Source: Verrucomicrobiota bacterium
GTDB lineage: Bacteria > Verrucomicrobiota > Verrucomicrobiia > Limisphaerales > UBA11358
Assembly: GCA_049522015.1 (NCBI GenBank)
Contig: JBEKOG010000010.1
Location: forward strand, 21,840-85,839
Direction: 5' to 3'
DNA length: 64,000 nucleotides
This document shows positions 28,234 to 36,682 of the stretch, piece after piece (position 1 is the first letter of the stretch; every line of letters begins with the position of its first letter). The notes under the pieces are model-generated. The model was given only the letters and a program-made list of their open reading frames with translations. It ran no database searches and had not been told where the DNA came from. The position numbers were made by a program, and so were the translations under genes.

Positions 28234-29256
28234 ATGCCGCTTATCGTCACGCCCCGCCAATTCACCCAGCGTGCCGAGTTGTACCACCAACTCAACCAGC
28301 TCACGGCCGCCGGAATCCCCATCGTTCGCGCATTGGAGCAAATCAAACGCAACCCTCCCGCTCCTTCGTTCCACGAGCCGTTGCAACGCCTGCTCGATGA
28401 ACTCGCCAAGGGCGCGACGCTGGCCGAATCATTGCAGGCGCTCGACTGGCTGCCCGCGTTCGACCTGGCGTTGATCACGGCTGGCGAGCAAAGCGGTCGG
28501 CTCGATACCTGTTTCCGCATGCTCGCCGATTACTACAACGACCGCGCCCGCGTCATCAAGCAGGTGATAGCCCAACTTATTTATCCCGTCGGATTGATTC
28601 ATTTTGCCGCCTTCATTTTTTTAATTGTGCTTCCGTTCGCCGGATCACAGTTCAATGCCAGCCTGCCCCTGCTTTGCGCCAAAGCTGCGCTCATTCTCTC
28701 CCCGTTTTATGGCGCCGTCGCCCTGATGATTTACGCCTCGCAAAGCAAACACGGCGAAAACTGGCGTGCAGTAATGGAATCCCTGTTGCGACCGGTTCCA
28801 ATCCTCGGCACGGCACGGCATTATCTCGCCCTGTCCCGGCTGGCAGCGGCGCTTGAAGCGCTCATCAGCGCCGGGGTCAACATCTTTGAGGCTTGGGACC
28901 TGGCTGCCACTGCCAGCGGCTCGCCGGCCTTGCGTCGGGCCGTCGCCGCCTGGAAATCGCGCGTGGTTGCCGGCCAAATGCCGTCCGAGGCCGTGCGCCT
29001 CTGCCCGCTGTTCCCGGGAACCTTCGCCAACCTTTACGCCAGCGGCGAGGTCAGCGGCAAACTGGATGATTCGCTCCGCCAGCTAAACCGGATCTACAAT
29101 GAGGACGGCACGCGCAAGCTGAACGCCTTCGCCACTTGGATGCCGCGGCTCGTTTATATGCTGGTCGCGTTGATGATCGCTTACAAAGTCATCCAGTTCT
29201 GGGCTGGCCTCTATGGTCCACACAGCGACCTTTCCAATGTTCTGAAAGGATTTTAA
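28234..29256 (+). CDS. Type II secretion / type IV pilus platform protein, GspF/PilC family (orphan)
   Basis: Two T2SSF repeats, each ending in the (A/I)GE.SG.LD motif (LITAGEQSGRLDTCFRMLADYY and LYASGEVSGKLDDSLRQLNRIY); 3 TM segments. Confidence 0.75.
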   Translation: MPLIVTPRQFTQRAELYHQLNQLTAAGIPIVRALEQIKRNPPAPSFHEPLQRLLDELAKGATLAESLQALDWLPAFDLALITAGEQSGRLDTCFRMLADYYNDRARVIKQVIAQLIYPVGLIHFAAFIFLIVLPFAGSQFNASLPLLCAKAALILSPFYGAVALMIYASQSKHGENWRAVMESLLRPVPILGTARHYLALSRLAAALEALISAGVNIFEAWDLAATASGSPALRRAVAAWKSRVVAGQMPSEAVRLCPLFPGTFANLYASGEVSGKLDDSLRQLNRIYNEDGTRKLNAFATWMPRLVYMLVALMIAYKVIQFWAGLYGPHSDLSNVLKGF

Positions 29257-29298
29257 TTCCGCTTTGCGCGCCGGACTGTTGCCCATTACTTTCGCCGC

Positions 29299-30486
29299 AT
29301 GACATTGACCGAATTGCTCGCGAACGAGGAACTTCGCCAACGTGAGTTCCCTGTCGCTCGCGACAAAATTTTCCTCGCGCACGCCGGGGTTTGTCCGTTG
29401 CCGCATCGCGTTGCCGAAGCCGTTTCCGAATGCGCCCAACGCGGCACGCTGGGAGATCAGGAAGCCTTCGTCCTGCACCGCTTGAACGATGCGCGCCAGC
29501 TCGGGGCGCAATTGTTGAATTGCCAGCCGGAGGAAATCGCGCTGGTCGGACCGACTTCGCTCGCGCTGAGTTTTGTCGCCGCCGGGCTGGGTTTTCGCAA
29601 AGGCGACAACATCCTCATTTATCACGACGATTACCCGTCGAACGTTTATCCGTGGATGGCGCTGGCCGAACGCGGCGTCGAAGTCCGCCTGCTCAACACG
29701 CGCGGCCTCGGCGTCATCCGCCCGCAGGACGTGATGGGCCAGGTGGACGAAAACACCCGGCTCGTCGCGCTCGCCTCCTGCCACTTCATCAGCGGCTATC
29801 GAATTGATTTTAAGGCCATCGGCAAATTTTTGCGCGAACGCGGAATCCTGTTTTGTCTCGATGCGATTCAGACGCTTGGCGCGTTTCCGACGACGGTCGA
29901 GCACGTGGATTTTCTCGCCGCCGACGCGCACAAATGGCTGCTCGGCCCTTGCGGTGCGGGCCTGCTTTATGTCCGGCGCGAGTTGCAGGAAAAACTGAAC
30001 CCGCCGATTTACGGCTGGCACAACGTGCGCTGCCCGAATTTCGTCGCGCAGGAACAAATTATTTTCCGCAACGGCGCGGCGAAATACGAAGCCGGCACGC
30101 ACAATCTGCTGGGACTGGTCGGTTTGATCGCCGCCATGGAACTCGTGCTGGAAATTGGTGTCGAAAACATTGCGGCCGAACTGCTGCGCAAACGCGCATG
30201 GCTCGTGCCCGCGTTGCAGGCAAAAGGTTTTGCGGTTTTGAACGCGGACGCGAAAATTGAAAACGCGAGCGGTATCATTTCCTTTCATCAGGCGGGCCCC
30301 AGCCGCGACGAAGCGGCTTCAGCCGCGAAGGCGGGCAAAGACCTCACGGCGTTGCACAAAAAATTGACTGACGCCGGCGTCGTGGCGTCGTTGCGCGCGG
30401 ACCGCAAGGGACAAAATTACATCCGTTTCTCGCCGCATTTTTACAACACCGACGCGGAATTACAACGCACACTGGAATTGCTGTAG
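29299..30486 (+). CDS. Class V-fold PLP-dependent aminotransferase / cysteine desulfurase-like enzyme
   Basis: 395 aa; PLP-lysine context FLAADAHKWLLGPCGAGLLYV; LDAIQTLGAFP. Confidence 0.8.
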   Translation: MTLTELLANEELRQREFPVARDKIFLAHAGVCPLPHRVAEAVSECAQRGTLGDQEAFVLHRLNDARQLGAQLLNCQPEEIALVGPTSLALSFVAAGLGFRKGDNILIYHDDYPSNVYPWMALAERGVEVRLLNTRGLGVIRPQDVMGQVDENTRLVALASCHFISGYRIDFKAIGKFLRERGILFCLDAIQTLGAFPTTVEHVDFLAADAHKWLLGPCGAGLLYVRRELQEKLNPPIYGWHNVRCPNFVAQEQIIFRNGAAKYEAGTHNLLGLVGLIAAMELVLEIGVENIAAELLRKRAWLVPALQAKGFAVLNADAKIENASGIISFHQAGPSRDEAASAAKAGKDLTALHKKLTDAGVVASLRADRKGQNYIRFSPHFYNTDAELQRTLELL

Positions 30487-30781
30487 TCCCGGCCAAATTC
30501 CCCCTCCTGGGAGCGCCGGTCTGTCGGGCCGAAGCTTCAGAGCGGAGGCTGACGTCCCGCCGGCCCGCTGCGTTGCGAAGGAGGGTTCCACCTGCCGATG
30601 GGACATTAACGATGAGGGGTTGGACAAGTTGCCTGCGCCGGTTGGATACACTCTGGCGAATCGTTTTGGGCATTGTTCATCGGCTTGGACACACGGCAAC
30701 AAAACTGCTTCCAGCCATATTGGGGGCAGGACCCGGCATCGGGGCGAGACATCGGTGTGAAATGCAGGAATACCACATCAA

Positions 30782-30845
30782 ATGTGTGATAGATTCACAC
30801 ATCGCGCTTGACAGCCGGGGCGCAATGTGTGAATATTTCACACAT
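30782..30845 (+). promoter_or_regulatory. Twin 21-bp palindromic operators flanking and overlapping a TTGACA promoter upstream of blaI
   Basis: ATGTGTGATAGATTCACACAT (30782-30802) and ATGTGTGAATATTTCACACAT (30825-30845); TTGACA at 30808-30813; GAATAT 17 nt downstream lies inside the second palindrome. Confidence 0.55.
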
Positions 30846-30849
30846 ATCC

Positions 30850-31233
30850 ATGATTTCCCTGAATCAAAATGAACTGGAGGCGCTTCGCATCCTTTGGGGA
30901 CGGGGCGAATTGAAGCCGGCGGAGATTCAGGCGCATTTCTCGTGGCCGATCGAAAACGCCACCTTGCGCTCGGTTTTGGTCAACCTGGTCGGGAAGCGGC
31001 ACGTCACCCGACGGCTGCAGGGGAAGGCGTTTTTTTATGCGGCCCGTGTTCCCAAAGCCACTTTGCTTCAGACCATGATGGAGACGCTGGCGCGAGTCTT
31101 TACGGGCGGCTCCCATCAGGAACTGGTTGTTCAATTGATGGAAACATCCGACATCAAAGCAGCAGACCTCAAACTCATCCGCCAAACCGCCGCCGGGTTG
31201 GCGTCCAAAAAAGCAAAAAGGAAATCAAAATGA
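30850..31233 (+). CDS. BlaI/MecI/CopY family transcriptional repressor
   Basis: 127 aa; winged-helix N-terminus LNQNELEALRILWGRGELKPAEIQAHF...ATLRSVLVNLVGKRHVTRRLQGKAFFYAA; ATGA overlap with the downstream M56 gene. Confidence 0.85.
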   Translation: MISLNQNELEALRILWGRGELKPAEIQAHFSWPIENATLRSVLVNLVGKRHVTRRLQGKAFFYAARVPKATLLQTMMETLARVFTGGSHQELVVQLMETSDIKAADLKLIRQTAAGLASKKAKRKSK

Positions 31234-33683
31234 ATCTGCCTCTATTCCTTGCTTCGCCGGGGATTGCAACCCTTTTCAAATGGACTTGCCTGCTTGCGCT
31301 GGGTTGGGCGGCCCATTGGGTGATGCGTCACCGTCACGCCCGCTGGCGGTTGATCCTCTGGCGCAGCATTCTTTGCTTCAGTCTGGCCCTGCCTCTGCTC
31401 CAATTTTTTCAAGTCCCCGGCCTCAAGATTCCGATCGCCAGCAATGTTGCTTCCACAACCGAATTCGCCGGCTCACTTTCACCGGCCACCGCCGGTAATC
31501 CAGTTCAGCCCACAGCATCAGTGGCAACACCGGCGCAAGCACAGGTCGGAGTCAGCCCGACTTCCCGTAGTGTCAATTCTCTCCAACCTCCAACCTCACC
31601 AAAGCCAGCCTCATGGGAAAGTATTCTCGTGGTGACCTGGGCATTGGGCTGTGGCTGTGGAGTCGTCCGGCTTGTCGTGCTGCAGCTTCATCTTTCCCGT
31701 TTGCGAAAAGAAACCTGCCGCCCGGGTCCGGACCTTCAGCACTTGGCAAAACAAATTCGGGCCCGGCTCAATGTTCGGCGGGAGGTTGATGTTCAAATTT
31801 CAGATGCGGTTACTTCTCCATTTGTTTGCGGCTTGTTGAAACCGACGATCATCCTGCCGCGAACGCTGGCACAGCATCTTTCCCCGGGCGAAGCATCCGC
31901 GCTCTTGAGCCACGAAATCGCGCACCTGCGCCAGCACGACCTGGCTTGGTGTGTGGCCTGGCGATGGATGAAGGCCGTCTGCTGGTTTCATCCGTTTGTG
32001 TGGCAGATTCCTGCCGCTCACAACCTGGCCTGTGAACAGGAAGCCGACCGCGTCGCTTCGGGACAATTGGCGGACCAAGATTCCTATGCCCAGTTGTTGG
32101 CCCGGCTGGCGTTGCGGGTGCTGGCTTTGCCGGCCGTTGAGACCAAACTGACGCTGAATGGAAATTCTCAAATTGCGTGGCGGTTGAATCATCTTGGCAA
32201 AAAGGGAATGGACACTTGGAATTGGAAATATTCGGTGGCGGGATTTGGCCTGGTGGGGTTATTGTTCCTCATGACCGCCGGTTGCGAGTTTTCAAAATCT
32301 AGTCCCACCCCCTCACAAAGCTCGACGAAGGTTGAGTTCAAAGAAGTGCTGGTCGTGGTGCAGGACGAAGACGGCAAGCCAATCGAAGGGGCGACGATTT
32401 CACCCTCGGGTTTTCGGGTGAAAGGGCTTCATGGTGCTGATGCGTATGGTTGGAATAAAAAGCTGTTCGGTCCACCTGTACAGGCCATCACCGATAGCGA
32501 GGGTAAAGCATATGTGAAATATCCCGTTGAAGGTATCCCGGAGGAAAAGGAGTTCACGGGAGAACTCATCTTCGGGGTTTCCCACCCGGAATTTGCGTCT
32601 GTATTCATACAGAGTTATTCAGTGGACAGCCCGGAGCAACCGATTCAATTGACCCGAGGCATTCATCTGGAAGTCTCGGGTTATTACGGTAGTGATCATC
32701 AGCCCGTAACTGAACTGGTCCCGAATCTCAGTGAAGGAGTGCCCCCGGAAGACTGGCAGAAGGAGGAAAACGGCGTGCTCGTCTTTCACAAACTTTCCCC
32801 TGGCGGACATCTGCTGCAACTCATGGGACGGCTGCCATCGGGTGAGATTGTCTATAGTGACACCATGGCTTTCACGGCCGAAAAAGGGAAGCCCTGTCAT
32901 TTAGCAATGGAAATGAAGCCTGGCATTCGGCTGGAAGGACGGATTGACGATCAGGTGCCACGGCCGGTGAAAAATGGCCGGGTCATGATTGATATCCGGC
33001 CTAAGGAATATCCTGTGCTTAACGTGGTCGAGGATTATTATGATGCCGATAAAAAATACGGTGGCCGTCATTTTTGGCACAGTTATCGCCCCATCAGCGA
33101 GGATGGAACCTTTGTTTTTGAGTCCATTCCTCCTGGCGAGGCGGACGTCGTTGTCTTGGGCGACGGTTTTGCGTCCAAAACCATCGGCCAACTCCAGAAT
33201 CGGGTGAATGGGGCTTTGGTCAAAGGTCCCGTCATGGCCATCCCGCAGGCTTTCCCGCTGGTGGCGCCCGTCACCAAAATTGAGGTAACAACGGAACCCA
33301 CCGCGACCTTGGAATTCACCGCCACAACCCAATCGGGCCGGCCGATTGAGGGAGTCGGGGTGGGGATGTATCCGTCCGTATTTCGCATGTGGGGAATGTT
33401 TGGCTGGATGAAGAATTCCAGCGAAGAACCTTATCGGGAGATACCGCATCTGTCCGACCCCATTTTTTCCGGCCAGACGGATAAAAACGGAAAGCTCGTC
33501 ATTAAGAACCTTCCAGCGGAGACCCATGGAATGGATGTTGAACATCCGCAATTTCAGGTGCCGCTACAGGAGCCCAACGGGTGGCGTGACCGGCATATTC
33601 GCGCCAAATTCTCGCCGGGAACAACCAATAAAATGGAACTGACTCTTGAGCCAAAGGGTAAGGATTTTATCGGGGGCCATTGA
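31230..33683 (+). CDS. BlaR1-like M56 metallopeptidase signal transducer with non-PBP C-terminal domain
   Basis: 817 aa from ATG 31230; 4 TM segments; zinc motif LLSHEIAHLRQHD; C-terminal ~460 aa with CarboxypepD_reg-like strands (VVVQDEDGKPIEGATISP, TTQSGRPIEGVGVGMYP). Confidence 0.8.
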   Translation: MNLPLFLASPGIATLFKWTCLLALGWAAHWVMRHRHARWRLILWRSILCFSLALPLLQFFQVPGLKIPIASNVASTTEFAGSLSPATAGNPVQPTASVATPAQAQVGVSPTSRSVNSLQPPTSPKPASWESILVVTWALGCGCGVVRLVVLQLHLSRLRKETCRPGPDLQHLAKQIRARLNVRREVDVQISDAVTSPFVCGLLKPTIILPRTLAQHLSPGEASALLSHEIAHLRQHDLAWCVAWRWMKAVCWFHPFVWQIPAAHNLACEQEADRVASGQLADQDSYAQLLARLALRVLALPAVETKLTLNGNSQIAWRLNHLGKKGMDTWNWKYSVAGFGLVGLLFLMTAGCEFSKSSPTPSQSSTKVEFKEVLVVVQDEDGKPIEGATISPSGFRVKGLHGADAYGWNKKLFGPPVQAITDSEGKAYVKYPVEGIPEEKEFTGELIFGVSHPEFASVFIQSYSVDSPEQPIQLTRGIHLEVSGYYGSDHQPVTELVPNLSEGVPPEDWQKEENGVLVFHKLSPGGHLLQLMGRLPSGEIVYSDTMAFTAEKGKPCHLAMEMKPGIRLEGRIDDQVPRPVKNGRVMIDIRPKEYPVLNVVEDYYDADKKYGGRHFWHSYRPISEDGTFVFESIPPGEADVVVLGDGFASKTIGQLQNRVNGALVKGPVMAIPQAFPLVAPVTKIEVTTEPTATLEFTATTQSGRPIEGVGVGMYPSVFRMWGMFGWMKNSSEEPYREIPHLSDPIFSGQTDKNGKLVIKNLPAETHGMDVEHPQFQVPLQEPNGWRDRHIRAKFSPGTTNKMELTLEPKGKDFIGGH

Positions 33684-33907
33684 ATTCCGTCTGTCGCACC
33701 TGCGACTACAAACTGGAGGAATGGCTGAAGGTTGAGGGTTGAGTGTTGATGGAATAATCAGCGGCAAAACTTTGTTTTTCACCGAACCCGAGCCACTGCC
33801 GATGCTCCTTCCCGCGAGCAGCGGCACGGCGTTAAACCAACCATGATGTTATTTTACACAGCCCCGGTCAGGATAAACCACCGGCGAACACGAACCCAGG
33901 TTCACAG

Positions 33908-36088
33908 TCACGACTCATCCTGCCGGCTGTATTCGCGGATCGAGGCTTTCCACCACGGCGCGAGCGATTGACGCAGCCAGGCTTCATGATACAGCCAGAC
34001 CATGGTGCGCTCGTCGGCCATGACTAAAAGCCGTTCGGCGGGCGTCAATTTGTCCGGCCCGGCGGCCAGCAATTTTTCGCCGAGCGCGCGGACTTGTGGA
34101 CTTCCGACGCCCATCCCGGCGAGTTGCTCGGCATAAACCGGATTGAGCTGTTTCTCGCGCAGCAGTGAAACGTGAATGGCGTTGACGTAAGGATCGAGCA
34201 CCGCCTCCGCCAGACCCGTGTGGGGACGGCGCGGGGAAGTGTCTTCGGTGATTTCATGAACTTTCATGTTCGCACGGAGCGCGACGAGTTCCGGCGGCGG
34301 TGCGATTTCTTCCGGCGTGAGAAACAATCCCAGCTTTCGCGCCTGCGCGCCGAGGCTGCGCCGGCTGGTGAAGACACTCAAGGGAATGGACAAAATCATT
34401 CCCGCCAGCATGGGCGTGAACCACCAGAACAGCGACGGTCCGAGCCACCACATGAATGCGCCCCAAACCAGCCCGATCAGCGTGTGCCCCCAATGCCGCC
34501 GGATGGCATAGGTCCACACCGTGCCACCGGCGGCGCGTTTTTGCGGCCACCAACCGACACTGACACCCAACAGGTTGGTGACGACAAACCGCGTATGCCA
34601 CAGCATCAGCAGTGGCGCGTGCAACGTGGAAAAAATGGTTTCGCAAAAGACGCCGGTGGTTGCGCGCGCTAGGCCGCCGAACGCCCGCCGTCGTTCCGAA
34701 TCATATGAAAGGTCAATGAGCGCAAGCGCCTTTGGCAGCATGATGGCGACCATGCAGATGACGAAAATGAGCAGGGCGTGGGCGGTGCCGCTAAAGTTGC
34801 CCAAGGATCGCGTGAACGCCCGCACGGTGATGTCCGAAAGACCGGTGTGTTTGTGGAACCAGCAGATCCAGTTGAAAGTGAGCAAAAATGCCAGCCATAA
34901 AGGCCCGGCAAGATAGCCGCAAATACCCAGAATCAGATGCAACCGACTCACCCCGCGCAGCCCTTTGGCAAAGAGCACGAGGCCGTGCTGCAGGTTGCCC
35001 TGACACCAGCGGCGTTCGCGCTGGGCGTTTTCGATCATGGCCTGCGGTGTTTCCTCGTAGCTGCCTTCGAGGTCGTAAGCGAACCAGATTTCCCAATTTT
35101 CGCGCAACATCAGCGCCGCCTCGACAAAGTCGTGGCTGAGAATCTGGCCCCCGAACGGCTTGCGCCCGGGCAGTTGCGGCAAATCACAAAATTGCATGAA
35201 CGGTTCGGTGCGGATGATGGCGTTGTGCCCCCAATAATTTCCCAGATCGAGCGCCCAGTAATTCAATCCGGCAATGAACAGCGGCGCGTAAAGGCGGTTG
35301 GCAAATTGCTGGATGCGTCCAAACAATGTTTCGGCGTTGACCACCGCCGGCACGGTTTGAATCAATCCGACGTCCGGATGCGTTTCCATCAATTTCACCA
35401 GGTCCACGAGCGTTTTGCCGCGCATGACGCTGTCGGCGTCGCAGACCATGAAATAGCGGTAGCGGCGGCCCCAGGCATTGAGAAAATCGCGTATGTTCCC
35501 GCTCTTGCGGCTTTCGTTGTTCAACCGGCGGCGATAGTGAATGCGGCCCAGCGCGTCAAGTTCATGAACCAAATCATACCAGCACCGTTCCTCCTCGATC
35601 CATTTGTCGGGATTGGTGGAGTCGCTCAGGATGAAAAAGTCGAACCGTTCAAGCTGGCCGGTTTTTTCCAAAGATTCATACGTTGCGCGCAAGCCTTCGC
35701 AGACGCGCACGACTTCTTCGTTGTAAACCGGAAAGACAATCGCCGTGCTGATGCCGGCAATGCTTTGGCCGCGATATTCCTTCAGACGCGTGATGCAGCG
35801 GTCGTCGCCGAACATCCGCAACACAAAACCATACACGCCGTGCATGCAACCGATGGCAATGAACAAAAACAAAATCACAAACAAAACCAGCAGCACGGTG
35901 CGCGACGCGGACCAGCCCGTCCGCCACAGCAAATCGGCAAAGAGCATCGAGACCAGACCGGTGAGCAGCAGCGCGCATGAATAAAAGATGAACAGCCGCC
36001 AGTCATGACGCTCGATAAGCGGCGCGGACATCACCCGCAATGGCGGTGACTGGCTTGAGGGCGGGGCGGATGGGGAAACGCCGGGCAT
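33908..36088 (-). CDS. opgH: Osmoregulated periplasmic glucan glucosyltransferase OpgH/MdoH
   Basis: 726 aa; GT2 core with FILSDS, MVCDADSVM, QRERRWCQGNLQH; multiple TM helices on both sides. Confidence 0.92.
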   Translation of the reverse strand: MPGVSPSAPPSSQSPPLRVMSAPLIERHDWRLFIFYSCALLLTGLVSMLFADLLWRTGWSASRTVLLVLFVILFLFIAIGCMHGVYGFVLRMFGDDRCITRLKEYRGQSIAGISTAIVFPVYNEEVVRVCEGLRATYESLEKTGQLERFDFFILSDSTNPDKWIEEERCWYDLVHELDALGRIHYRRRLNNESRKSGNIRDFLNAWGRRYRYFMVCDADSVMRGKTLVDLVKLMETHPDVGLIQTVPAVVNAETLFGRIQQFANRLYAPLFIAGLNYWALDLGNYWGHNAIIRTEPFMQFCDLPQLPGRKPFGGQILSHDFVEAALMLRENWEIWFAYDLEGSYEETPQAMIENAQRERRWCQGNLQHGLVLFAKGLRGVSRLHLILGICGYLAGPLWLAFLLTFNWICWFHKHTGLSDITVRAFTRSLGNFSGTAHALLIFVICMVAIMLPKALALIDLSYDSERRRAFGGLARATTGVFCETIFSTLHAPLLMLWHTRFVVTNLLGVSVGWWPQKRAAGGTVWTYAIRRHWGHTLIGLVWGAFMWWLGPSLFWWFTPMLAGMILSIPLSVFTSRRSLGAQARKLGLFLTPEEIAPPPELVALRANMKVHEITEDTSPRRPHTGLAEAVLDPYVNAIHVSLLREKQLNPVYAEQLAGMGVGSPQVRALGEKLLAAGPDKLTPAERLLVMADERTMVWLYHEAWLRQSLAPWWKASIREYSRQDES

Positions 36089-36091
36089 GGC

Positions 36092-36682
36092 TTAGTGCGT
36101 GAGGATGAAAATGGCCACCAGCAGCAAGGCAAACAGCGTCCAAGCCAGAACCATTTTGAGATAGGGCAGCTTGCCCAGATTCGTCAGGGTTGTAATCGGG
36201 CCAAGATCGAAGGGGCGCGGCGTCATTTTTGAGAGCTGAAAATCCGGCCCGGCGCGCAGATAGGTTTCGCGCATGGCGCTGATGAATTCCTTCGGCCACG
36301 GGCCGGGCCGCAAAAATTGTTCCTGCCATCGGCCCGGCATGTCGGCGAGCAGCAGCGCGAGCCGCCCGCGCGTGGAGAGCATCTGGTCGGCGTTGGCCGG
36401 CGGTTCCTGCAACACCTCGGCGAACCACTCAATCACAATGCGATCCATTTCCTCGGCGGCGAGCTGGGTGGCGGAGCGGTCCGGTTCGACGGGCGCGCGG
36501 TGCGCGGCGCGTTCGAGCACCCGGAGCACCAGCCGGCCGAGCAGGGCTTTGTTGCGGACGCGCAGGGCGTGGAAATAATTCTCCACCTTCTCATACGCCG
36601 CGTTCCATTCTTCCAGCGGGCGTCCCGCCAGATGGCCGGCGGAATCGGTCAGCGCGCCAATGCCGTTCATGGCGGACTCCAT
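36092..36682 (-). CDS. Hypothetical tail-anchored protein between opgG and opgH
   Basis: About 196 aa from ATG 36682, or 192 aa from ATG 36670 which overlaps the opgG stop as ATGA; soluble helical body; C-terminal TM MVLAWTLFALLLVAIFIL; stop lies 3 nt before the opgH start. Confidence 0.5.
   Translation of the reverse strand: MESAMNGIGALTDSAGHLAGRPLEEWNAAYEKVENYFHALRVRNKALLGRLVLRVLERAAHRAPVEPDRSATQLAAEEMDRIVIEWFAEVLQEPPANADQMLSTRGRLALLLADMPGRWQEQFLRPGPWPKEFISAMRETYLRAGPDFQLSKMTPRPFDLGPITTLTNLGKLPYLKMVLAWTLFALLLVAIFILTH

Noticed and set aside
29083-30288. 401-aa ORF antisense to the class V aminotransferase
   Set aside because: The plus-strand frame has the PLP-lysine motif and spans the gene from a sensible start. 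The antisense frame is compositional.
30894-31229. N-terminal 112-aa extension of the BlaR1-like ORF in the ORF track
   Set aside because: It overlaps blaI out of frame. ATG 31230 gives the canonical M56 N-terminal TM helix and an ATGA coupling to blaI.
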